Positions 26,886 through 37,284 of a DNA stretch of 64,000 nt are shown here, piece after piece. The notes under the pieces are model-generated. The model was not told the DNA's origin. It searched no databases and saw only the letters and a list, made by a program, of their open reading frames with translations. The first letter of the stretch is position 1; every line of letters begins with the position of its first letter. This DNA is from Phyllobates terribilis (taxonomy: Eukaryota): the NCBI RefSeq assembly GCF_046119375.1, contig NW_027362876.1, forward strand, positions 2,852,001 through 2,916,000, in the 5' to 3' direction. A program made the translations under genes and the position numbers.

Positions 26886-28146
26886 TGTCATAAAAATATT
26901 AAGAAAATATTAATAATTTCGCACTCCCAGACCCCTCTTCATCCTCCCCTCCCCTATAGTATTTGTCAAAGGAGAAGAGATGACACTTTGGCCAGTAGCT
27001 TCTATGCAAATTAGCACACACATGAGAAGTGGCTAAGAGGCAGATGACAGTAAAAAGAGAGGTGGCAAACCCAATTAACATGAGAGTGTGTTTTCCAGTG
27101 ATACAGACCTGAGATAAATTCACACCTGGAAGAGGAAGACACAGCTTGTTAAGTTCAAACACTACTCACAATAACCAGGACAATTCCCAGCTGCAATCTC
27201 CAGGATTTTCAGCACCGACATGAAATATGGAATATCTGCAGTTCCATATGTCCGATAATAATGGGGCCCATAGTTTTAGTGGCAGGGTCGGCCAAGGACC
27301 AATACACATCTTTTCCATAGCTGTATGCCCCTCCGGGGAGCTGTAGTGCAAAAGTACCAGAATAAAGGACTGCAGCTACACCATGTGTGGTCTCTACAGA
27401 AAAGTAAATTCATAATGGAAAATATGGCGTCGCTTACAAGCTTCTGTGATCAACCAACGATAAGCTAGCCCAGAAGATAGAGATGATAATAAAAAAAATG
27501 AAGGCTGGAGCCCAGCCCACGTGAGGTCATCACAGGGGGTGAGTGGGCATGACTCCCCCTTCCGCATAAAATACGCAGCCGAAGGGGGGGTCAGTGTTCA
27601 TTGCCAGGGGTATAGATTCTATAACGGTCACATCAAGTGGAGCATCCCCCCTCCAGCTATACTGAATCGTCTCTGTGATCTGTCTAGTACGCAAGTCTTC
27701 TTTAATCCTGTTTATTCATTGTAACTGTATATTCTGTACTGTAAATGTCCATTTGTAAAATCTTTGTATAGTTTTCATAAACACTGCCTCCCTTTTGGAT
27801 TAAAAATATAAAATTTAATAGTTCCGTTTCTTTTGCCCTGTAATCAATCGTTCCCTCCCCCGAAGCCATGCGCTACCAGAATGCAGGCGCCCGACCCGGC
27901 CTGTATTATATTTCAAATTGGGTCGGCGTGGCAGCGAATAATAATAATTGGGCTATCGTGAAGCTGTCAGTAACCGTACGGGGGTGTATACACATATTCC
28001 ATGCGTTGGAATCCAGAGGTGTGTACGCCATACGCTTTCTGCTCGATTGCCGATAGCTACATAGTGAGTAATCGGGATCGTGTGTGAGCGAATCTCTGCT
28101 CAATCCTGACAAAGTGACAGTGATCTCCCTGGTGTCGTCACTGACA
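26886..28146. mobile_element. Solo LTR (1261 bp) inside the Tc1 transposase
   Basis: TGTCA...TGACA termini, 5-bp TSD ATGAC; removing it restores GGT CAT AAT GAC CAT CAT TAT (GHNDHHY). Confidence 0.88.
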
Positions 28147-28541
28147 ATGACCATCATTATGCTTGGAAGAAAAAGGAAGAAGCTTGAAAGCCTAAGAACA
28201 CCATCCCAACTGTGAAACACGGGGTGGGAGCATCATGTTGTGGTGTTGTTTTGCTGCAGGAGGGACTGGTGCACTTCACAAAATAGATGGCATCATGAGA
28301 AAATAGGAATTATTCCTACCGTTAATTACGTTTCCAGGAGTCCATCATAACGGCACGACAGGAGTTAAGTCCTCTGTTCCTCTAGGGACAGGAAACACAT
28401 GAGAGGTTAAAAGCCCCACTCCCCATCACACCCTCAGTGTTAGTACTAATCACCAAACCAGGATGGATGCAACTCTATTTTATTATATACATATACCAAT
28501 GTTACATTCACATTAGTGTCAAGAGCGGGGCGGGAAATATG

Positions 28542-28631
28542 GTGCCGTTATGATGGACTCCTGGAAACGTAATTAACGGTAGGAATAATTCCTATTTTAC
28601 CAGTACGTCCATCATAACGGCACGACAGGAG
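28542..28631 (-). repeat. DIRS internal complementary region (ICR)
   Basis: Reverse complement of the left end (...GGAATAATTCCTA) joined at 28594/28595 to the reverse complement of the right end (TTTTACCAGTACG...). Confidence 0.92.
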
Positions 28632-28656
28632 ACATACCAAATCAAAGAAATGGAAC

Positions 28657-29182
28657 TGTCAGGGTAAAAAAGAATATATATTTCTCTACTTTTATACGCT
28701 TTGCTTATGTACTAACCACCATTTTGTGTCTTATAACAATAAGCTTTCCTTGCTACGTGTTACATAGATTGAAATTTATGCTAAGATGGTGCCAGTATCA
28801 GCCAAGCACCTGTTTCAGAGAAACGAAACCAAAACATCAACTGACTGTTGTCTGCCCAGAGACTGAGTTAAGGAGACGTGGACCAATCAGGAGTGGCCGG
28901 ATACTAGACATTTATGGCTTACCCCGCCCCGAACAATCCATTTATGGCTTACCCCGCCCCGAACAACCCCTTTCCCCTCCCCATTATGTAGTGTATTTAA
29001 GTTTGTGCATGCGGAAATAAAGAGGAACATTGCTGAGATCGTGGCTTGCCAGTAGCCTTCTGAGCATGCTCTGAGTTTGAACCAGCTTGTTGTCTGACTC
29101 ATTCTTTGAATGGTTGACCCATGCTCATAGCCTTAATTTGGAGTGACTGGAGGACGAGTGGAATGTCGCTACGACCCCGAAA
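28657..29182 (+). repeat. ERV 5' LTR
   Basis: Starts TGTCAGGG; CCAAT box, duplicated 30-bp GC-box repeat (CATTTATGGCTTACCCCGCCCCGAACAA), TATTTAA, AATAAA; 3 differences from the 3' LTR. Confidence 0.97.
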
Positions 29183-29184
29183 AA

Positions 29185-29202
29185 TGGCGCCCAACGTGGG
29201 GC
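29185..29202 (+). promoter_or_regulatory. Primer-binding site, tRNA-Lys(1,2)
   Basis: TGGCGCCCAACGTGGGGC, 2 nt after the LTR. Confidence 0.92.
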
Positions 29203-30334
29203 GTGGCTAGCGGTACGCCGCCCTCTCGGACCCATATTGCTGACTTCCCTGGTGGTGACTGCGGCGGCTGAATTTGAGGCCTGATCAACCTCCATCGAAC
29301 ACGGTAAGTCGAGATGTATTTTATATGTCTCACTTGCCTGTGTGTCAGCCGCAGCGGTTCCTGTGGGATTGTCAGTTTGGATCTGGGTGGGTGACCGGTC
29401 GAGTGGTGAGACCTCAGGCGTCCCGCGCCACGTCCCGTACCAGCAACTGTGAGACCGAGTGACGTCGCATGCCTGCGCGTGCTCGTGTGAACACCACCTC
29501 CTCCTCCCCCGGTCACTGTACTTTTCTTAGATAGCTGCCTCCCGTGACTGATAGTCGATTCCAAGCCATCCCTAGATTGTAGTGTAAGGAAGAAAGAATC
29601 TGTGACGAATTGAGGAGTGCTCTTCGTCTACCACAGAGACTGCTGTAAAGTCAAGGTTAGGAAAGGAGATAGATTGAGGTGTCTCTCTATTTCACCAGTG
29701 TATTGAGGAGTGCTCTACACTGACGGGTGGTGACCTGTAATCAGGGTGCCGTGGTGAGTCGCACTGTAAAGTCGCCATTCAAGGTTAGGGAAGGGGATAG
29801 ATTGAGGTGTCTCTCTATCTCACCAGTGTATTGAGGAGTGCTCTACACTGACCGGTGGCGACCTGTGGACTGCATCAGTGATCTGAGTCGCGACAGATCA
29901 TTGCATTCTATAAGAAAATGTTGCGTATGTTCAAATCTGAAAGACCTGGCAAGTTGCCGGATGGTGCTGTGGGAGTTATCCAGCTACTAGAGTCACGGGA
30001 AAGCAAGGAGGCTGTTAAGAATGTTAGGAATCTGTATTAAATGATAAGACTACCCAGTACGGGCAGACTTCAGCCTTCAGTGTAGAAGGAATGCGTTATA
30101 CAAAATAAGGGAAGTTGAGTGATGAAGGACACCTGCACCAGGCTCAGACACATCTTAGAGTAGATGGTGCAGGGGGGAACAGAGAATGCCGAGCCTTTGT
30201 TCGGATACATGAAAGCTGCAGAATGTGATTTGTTATGTGACCCTAAATTGGCCGTAACCCCGTTGATGCCTGTCACTACACCGAGCCCTCAGCCACCACC
30301 CTATAATGGCGCCGACGCTAAATCATCGGAAGGA

Positions 30335-30394
30335 TGGACGTGTCGTATGTGCGAAGAGCAGAACCCGCCCTGGGCGAAGTTCTGCTGTGTCTGT
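30335..30394 (+). other. RanBP2-type (NZF) zinc finger within Gag
   Basis: WTCRMCEEQNPPWAKFCCVC matches W-x-C-x2-C-x3-N-x6-C-x2-C exactly. Confidence 0.85.
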
Positions 30395-30980
30395 CGGGCG
30401 GGCCGCCCATGGCACGATGCCCAGCCTGCCTCCAAGAACAATCCCACTCCCACTCCTACTCCTCCCTCCAACGGCCATCTTACTACACCTTTTACTTGTT
30501 GTGGGAGGCCCGGAAAGCCCCAATCCGGCCTATATCCACTATTAGATCCGTCCGGTGCTTATTACCAGCCGCCAGCACGGGTGGAAAAGCCCGCAGTCCC
30601 AGAGCACCCATCTGAAACTAATGTGATACCCTCTGCTCCAGTCCACGATGCTGAGGCGCTCCCTCTGTTCCCCATGGGGGTCGCCCATAACCCTGGGGAT
30701 ATCCTCCTCAACTCCCCAGAATTTCAGGCCAGACTGCTCTCCCTCCGCCAACATACTGTTACTCAAGACGATACGGAGCCAGATGAGGGATGGGCTCAAG
30801 ATACTCCAGCGCCCCCCCCCTTTACCCCATACGTCTCCTATGGCATCTTCCACCCCACATCCATTACCCATACTCCGGCTCTTGCTCCAAGCAACTGCTG
30901 AAAGAGCACCACCCCCCAGCCCCTCAGAAGTCTGGGACCCCTGCCGCTCCCGGAACCTAGTAGACCCATCAGGACGCCCT

Positions 30981-31164
30981 GTCACTCTGTCAATAGGCTA
31001 TGGTGACATCCTTACACATCGGGTGGGGGCCATAGTCAACCCTGCAAACACCCGTATGAGCCATGCTGGAGGATTGGCTCGTAAAATTGCCCTTGCTGCT
31101 GGTTCCACTCTGGCTGCAGAATGCCAGGCTCACTTAGCCGAAAACGGAGAGCTTTCAAAAGGCC
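30981..31164 (+). other. N-terminal half of a macrodomain (ADP-ribose-binding fold) within Gag
   Basis: VTLSIGYGDILTHRVGAIVNPANTRMSHAGGLARKIALAAGSTLAAECQAHLAENGELSKG fits the GDI..AIVNxAN..GGxA..I..AAG..L..EC....G.L..G pattern. Confidence 0.88.
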
Positions 31165-31875
31165 ATGGATTCCACAAAAGCAGGATTCCTTAGTACGTAT
31201 AAATCCGGCCTAGAATACATGAAACAGTTAAAAGCCTGGGCTCAGAATCGCTTGTCAGATCAAGCTGGGTCTGTACAAGATGTTCAACAAGACCCTGATG
31301 AATCTGTGGAAAGATATGCTGCAAGACTCAGCATGCATTTTGAGGATCTCGGATACAGTCCTCACGTCAAGACGCAGGCCGCCCTGTTGGTTCAGGCCCT
31401 AGTAGATGGCCTACAAGACGCTCTCAGAGATGACGTTCTGAGGGTACTCCCCGAGATTCGTTCTTCTTCTTTTAACGACGCGGTGGACATTGTCAAAGCT
31501 TTCCAAAAAGCCATGCTAAAAATGGAAAAGGATACTAAGCCAAAGAAGAAAGCCGCTCCTGCCATGGTATATCAAGCTCAAGAAAGCTACCCACCCCCCG
31601 GCAACCAACATGGAATCAAGTGGGTAATGGTTAAAGGCACAGGTGATGATACTCCTCCCACATATAGAAAACAAGACAGAAGAAATGACAAGGGGCCACC
31701 TAGAGACAAGAGACAATCTCGTGATTCTGAAGGACGCATACTGTGTTGGGAATGTGGTAGCCCTAATCACCTTCTCAGAGACTGTCCAACCCTGCCACTT
31801 TCCTTCCACCTTCTAGGGGGGAAGACGAACAGGGTGAAGGTCCATTGGTGGAACCTCATGATTGTATAAAAATTT

Positions 31876-32360
31876 TTGCAGGAAGAGACTTCTGCTCCAG
31901 AGAATATGGTGGCACATCCGCTCGCACACCCTGCCTTTCACCTATGGACTGATAGATCCCGTTTCGCAGACCCTCAAGGGAAGTTCCACACGGGATATGC
32001 TGTCACAACAGACCTAACAGTCCTCAAGGCTGAAGCTCTACCACCATACATGTCTGCACAAGAAGCTGAACTTGTAGCTCTCACAGAAGCCTGCCACCTG
32101 GAACAACGGCAAACATATATACCGATTCTAGGTATGGACATGGAATTTGCAATGATTTTGGACTCTTGTGGAAGTCTAGAGGATTCATCACAGCTGCAGG
32201 TACACCAGTGAAACATGCCTCATGGATTAAGGCCCTAATGTAGGCCCTGGAACTACCCATTCAGGTTGCTGTTATCAAGGTCAAGGCTCATGGAAGACTA
32301 GATTCCAGGGAAGCCAGGGGCAACCACCTAGCTGACCAAGCAGCCAAGACTGCAGCAGTG
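31876..32360 (+). pseudogene. pol: ERV RNase H remnant (PR and RT deleted)
   Basis: LWTDRS..GYAV..SAQEAELVALTEA; VAVIKVKAH..GNHLADQAAK, frameshifted. Confidence 0.85.
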
Positions 32361-32656
32361 GAGAATGTGTCATCAAAGTGGCAGGAAAAGTAAGAAGAGA
32401 TGGGGGAGACCCTCCAAACCGTAGCTGTGGCGCTCACTAGAGCAAGGGCCAAAGAACAGCCGGCGGAAGACCATACAAGTCCAGCGGAGACACGAGTGGA
32501 ATCCAGGGGGGTCAGGATGCCTGAAGAAAAATTGTGTGAAGAGCAAAGGAAGACCCCCACTGAAGAAGTCAAGCAATGGAAAGCGGCGGGAGCCGTGCTG
32601 GCAGGTCGTAAAGATTTAAAGGTCGACTCAGCTCTTTACCAAGTGGACGGAAAACC

Positions 32657-33349
32657 TTGCTCGCCTACCCGCTTGTCAACATGACTGCTAAAGTCACAGC
32701 CAAGAAACTGATCGCTGAAGTTGCCTGCAGATTTGGAGTTCCCCAAGTCATAGAATCGGATCAAGGACCAGCTTTCACAGCAAATATCTACAAAGAACTT
32801 TGGAACATGTTGGGAACAGATTTGAGCCTCCACACTCCATACCATCCTGCCAGTTCAGGCAAAGTGGAAAGGATGAATTCCACACTCAAGACCCAGCTCT
32901 TGAAAATGACCCAAGATCATCCCCTCCCCTGGCCCGACCTACTCCCTATAGTATTGTATCATATCAGACACACCCCACAAGCTAAACATGGGCTAACTCC
33001 CTATGAAATTTTATTCGGGACCCCACCTAAAATAGGAAAAATTAGGCCCCAAGAGTTGTCTGAAACACATGATAGAGTAGTAAAATTTGTGATTGCTCTG
33101 TCTAAAGAATTGACTAACACCCGCTCTACAGTATCTGCTTCTCTCCCAGAATCCACAGGTGATGCGGTACATGATTTCACCCCAGGCGACCTGGTGTACG
33201 TAAAGAAGTTTGTCCAGAAAGACTGTCTCCAACCCAGATTTGAGGGCCCCTACACTGTGATCCTGACTACTCCTACAGCTCTGAAGCTTGAGGGCAAGAG
33301 CACCTGGATTCACGCCTCCCACTGCAAGACAGACAAAACGAGCCTATAA
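32657..33349 (+). pseudogene. pol: ERV integrase, N-terminally deleted
   Basis: RFGVPQVIESDQGPAF, HTPYHPASSGKVERMN, PRFEGPY, WIHASHCK. Confidence 0.92.
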
Positions 33350-33352
33350 AAG

Positions 33353-33750
33353 ATGACTACCTTCTTCTATATCCTTTCCATATGCTTACTGTCTGTCCCA
33401 GGGTGGACAGCTACCACATTTTGGGTAGATACGCAAAAATCCAGACGTATCGATTTGATTACTGTGACATAGGGAATTGCGCAGGAATGACATGGTATGC
33501 TGCATAGTCCCCTTATACAGGAAAGCTATAAACAATGCTGTTCCAACCCCCCATGACAGAGTCCAATTGAGAGATCTAGTTTAGGGTCAGTTGGGAGAAC
33601 TCCATGTGTCACTTAGGGTAGGGCTCAATTGTTTGGGGGCGTCCCATAAGGGGGCAGCTTCTAAGATAATTGGGTGAAGAAATCCACCTCCCCTCTCCCC
33701 ACACATGGACAGTCTCAAAGGCCCCGAAGCAAGGGAAAGCTTAGTGTTTA
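33353..33750 (+). pseudogene. env: env remnant (signal peptide and start of SU)
   Basis: MTTFFYILSICLLSVPGWTATTFW directly after IN; Cys-containing YRFDYCDIGNC after a frameshift. Confidence 0.55.
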
Positions 33751-33758
33751 GGGGGGAA

Positions 33759-34284
33759 TGTCAGGGTAAAAAAGAATATATATTTCTCTACTTTTATACG
33801 CTTTGCTTATGTACTAACCACCATTTTGTGTCTTATAACAATAAGCTTTCCTTGCTACGTGTTACTTAGATTGAAATTTATGCTAAGATGGTGCCAGTAT
33901 CAGCCAAGCACCTGTTTCAGAGAAACGAAACCAAAACATCAACTGACTGTTGTCTGCCCAGAGACTGAGTTAAGGAGACGTGGACCAATCAGGAGTGGCC
34001 GGATACTAGACATTTATGGCTTACCCCGCCCCGAACAATCCATTTATGGCTTACCCCGCCCCGAACAACCCCTTTCCCCTCCCCATTATGTAGTGTATTT
34101 AAGTTTGTGCATGCGGAAATAAAGAGGAACATTGCTGAGATCGTGGCTTGCTAGTAGCCTTCTGAGCATGCTCTGAGTTTGAACCAGCTTGTTGTCTGAC
34201 TCATTCTTTGAATGGTTGACCCATGCTCATAGCCTTAATTTGGAGTGACTGGAGGACGAGTGGAATGTCGCTACGACCCCGACA
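33759..34284 (+). repeat. ERV 3' LTR, preceded by the PPT (AGGGGGGAA, 33750-33758)
   Basis: TG...CCCCGACA followed by TSD GAAC. Confidence 0.97.
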
Positions 34285-34290
34285 GAACAT

Positions 34291-37284
34291 TTAGGGCGGG
34301 ACCACTGCCTGAAGGACTTTAAGGCCATAGGCTAAATGTTGACCGGACAACACATCCAATTTATAATGTTTACTAAATGTGGATATATTGGCCCAGGTTG
34401 CTGCCTGGCAAATTTGGCCCACTGACGCTCCAGCTCTCTCTGCCCAAGAAGCGGAGATTGCCCGAGTAGAATGAGCTTTAAGCGAAATTGGTGGATCCTT
34501 CCCCTCAGATTCATATGTGAGGGCGATAGTCTTTGTCAACCACCTTGCTAGAGTCGGCTTAGAAGCTTTCTTGCCCTTATTCACACCCGAAAATTGCAAA
34601 AAAAGGTTTGAGTCTCTCCTCCAGGGGGCTGTGACTTCTATATAACGAACAATTGCCCTCCTGACGTCCAAGGTATGGAAGGATTTTTCCTTTTCATTTT
34701 TGGGGGACTGGCAGAAAGACGGCAGTATTATCTCCTGATTCAGGTTTGAGCTGGACACCACCTTAGGGAGAAAGGAGGGGTCCAGTTTAAGAACCAATCT
34801 GTCTTCCAGAATCTTAAGGTATGGGTCCAGAACTGAGAGAGCCTGGATCTTGCCTACCCATTTCACTGTAGTAACTGCAACAAGAAAGGCTGATTTCATA
34901 AAAAGCAGGTCTATTGATGTTTCTTCTAGTGGTTCAAAGGGAGACTTACATAAAGCCCTCAACACAAGGTTCAGATCCCACGGCGGTACTAGACTCCTTA
35001 TCGTGGGTTTTAAACGAGCGGTTGCTTTTATGAACCTTGATATCCATGGGTGGTCTATTAAGGAGTAGTCCAAAAAAGCACTCAGGGCCGAGATATGAAC
35101 TTTTAACGTATTTGGCCTCAGACCCTTATCAAATCCCTCTTGGTGGAAATCCAATATCGCTGGGATATTCGGGTGAGTCGAATTTCCCACAGACTGACCT
35201 GCAAAGTTACAGAACTATTTCCAAATCCTAGCATAGATGGCTGACGTTACTGGTTTCCTACAGGCCTGTAGAGTCGTAATTACCCGATGGGAAAGGCCCT
35301 TAGAGGCTAGGATCCGCCTCTCAGGTTCCATGCTGTCAATTGGAGGAATTGGATGTTCGGATGTAACAAGGGACCCTGCTATAGAAGATCTCTCCTGGCT
35401 GGGAGTCTGAATGGGAGATCCACCGCCATCCGGTATAGCAGAGGGAACCAGCTCTTTTTGGGCCAGTAGGGCGCTATCAGAATAAGAGCTCCCCTCTCCT
35501 GTTGGATTTTCCTTAGTACTCTTGAGATGAGAGGGACTGGAGGAAAGGCGTACACCAGTTTTGTCCCCCACGACTGAGAAAGGGCATCTATTCCTTCTGG
35601 ACTGTCGGCTGGGTCCAAGGAAAAAAAGCGCTGCAGCTTTCTGTTTTTCCTTGTTGCGAACAGGTCTATAAACGGGGTGCCCCATCGTTGAATGATTTGA
35701 TGAAACACCTCCGGATTCAGCTCCCAATCTGAGGGACCAACTCTTGCCCTGCTGAGAAAGTCTGCTACCACATTTTCGGACCCCCTTAGATGAATAGCCG
35801 ATATTGAAAGGACATTTCTCTCCGCCCAGTAGAAAATTCTTGCCGCCAAGGATTGTAACCATTTTCCTTTTGGACCTCCTTGTCGACGAAGAAAAGCGAT
35901 GGTGGTGCTGTTGTCTGAGAAAATTCTTAGATGATTTCCTCTGAGCAAATGCTGACATCTTTGAAGAGTCTCCCAGACCGCCTTTAGCTCTCTGAAATTT
36001 GACGACCTGTGTTGCATCTCTTTGGGCCACGTCCCTTGTAGATATCTGTTTCCTATGCTTGCTCCCCAGCCACTTTGGCTGGCATCCATATGGATCTGGA
36101 TTGAAGGAAGAAGGATCCAGTCTACCGCGTTTTCCAAGTTTGAAAGGTCTGTCCACCAGGAAAGGGAGTTTTTTAGCTCTCTTGACAGCCTCATTTTCTT
36201 GTCTAACCCCGATGGTCGTCTGTTCCAAACTGACAGGATCGACTTCTGTAATGGCCTTGAACGGGCCTGTGCCCATTTCACGCTTGGAATGCATGAGGTC
36301 ATCAGTTCTCAGACCCGCATGGCGTATCTGATTGAGGTGGTCTTCCGTTTCTTGAAGCTGTAAATTTCCAGTTTTATTTTTTGTCTTTTCTCCTGGTGCA
36401 AGGAGGACTTCTGAAGACTGGAGTCTAAGAGTACCCCTAGAAATACTTTTGTAGTACTTGGATGGAGGTTTGATTTTTCCCAATTGATTTTCCATCCCAA
36501 GTATTCCAGGGTTTCGATCGTATGCTCTTGTTGAATAAGAAGAGGAGACTCTGACTCTGCCACCAACAATATATCGTCCAGGTAAGGGATGATTATAATC
36601 CCCTGTGTTCTTAAGAAGGCCGCTACTTCTATCATAACCTTTGTGAATATTCGAGGGGCCGAGGATAGACCGAAGGGTAGGCAAGTGAATTGAAAGTGGT
36701 GTACTGTGCCCTCCTGTTCTAGAGCGAACCTTAGGTATTGCTGGTGACTTGGGTGAATTGGAACATGGTAATATGCATCCTTGAGGTCTAGGGTGCACAT
36801 TACCGATCCCTTCTCTATCAATGGAATGCTGGTTTTTATAGTTTCCATTTTGAATCTTTTGTATTCCACCCACTGGTTTAAGGGCTTGAGGTTTATAACC
36901 GTACGGCGTTTGCACGAGGGTTTTAACACCGAGAAGAGGGAGGAGTAATGGCCTAAACCTTGCTCTGAAGGGGGAACCTGTCTCACCACGTGTAGGGATT
37001 GAAGGACTAATATATCCTGCCATAGACTCTTGAGATCTACGGGGGAGCGAGGACGAGTGATTTGGAAACGACGAGGGGGAGTATGGGAGAAGTCTATTTT
37101 GAAACCTTCCCCTAAGGAATGTAGGATCCATTGATTTTTTGTAACGGATGCCCACTTGTCCTGAAAGAAAAGAAGCCTGCCCCCTACTCCTGATCTGCTC
37201 TGTCCTTTCCTCCTTTCCTGTAAGACCATCTCCCCATCTTACCCTTACCCTTGTAATCACGTTTAGGGGATCGACGGGGTCCAC
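34291..37284 (-). pseudogene. DIRS tyrosine recombinase ORF with long N-terminal part overlapping pol; one in-frame stop at 35215-35217
   Basis: ORFs 35215..37284 and 34291..35190 are in the same frame; KAHSTRA, ATW..TFSKHY catalytic motifs. Confidence 0.9.
35307..37229 (-). pseudogene. pol: DIRS pol (RT, RNase H, methyltransferase-like) with two in-frame stops
   Basis: LDLKDAYYH, LPFGLSSAPRIF, YLDD, DASQSGWG, NFRELKA, SDN, HLRGSENVVADFLSR, DLFAT, YAFPP. Confidence 0.92.

Larger units (their letters stand above)
29918..31869 (+). pseudogene. gag: ERV gag: MA-like region, PPPY/LYPLL/PSAP late motifs, RanBP2-type ZnF, partial macrodomain, CA C-terminal part, CCHC NC
   Basis: ORF pieces 30164..30901, 30648..31193 and 31165..31869; MHR-like VQQDPDESVERYAARL; CWECGSPNHLLRDC; stops and frameshifts. 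Confidence 0.88.
28657..34284 (+). mobile_element. Internally deleted class I (gamma/epsilon-like) endogenous retrovirus
   Basis: Two 526-bp LTRs, 4-bp TSD GAAC, PBS, PPT, and remnants of gag, RNase H, integrase and env. Confidence 0.95.

Noticed and set aside
28724-29020. 98-aa ORF duplicated at 33826..34122
   Set aside because: It lies within the LTRs, so the duplication simply reflects LTR identity; no recognisable protein features.
29185-29202. tRNA-like sequences here and at 60537-60554 as tRNA genes
   Set aside because: Only 18-nt complements of tRNA 3' ends next to LTRs, i.e. primer-binding sites.
35215-37284. 689-aa ORF with no obvious domain as a novel gene
   Set aside because: It is in frame with the recombinase and overlaps pol, the normal DIRS1 overlapping-ORF arrangement.
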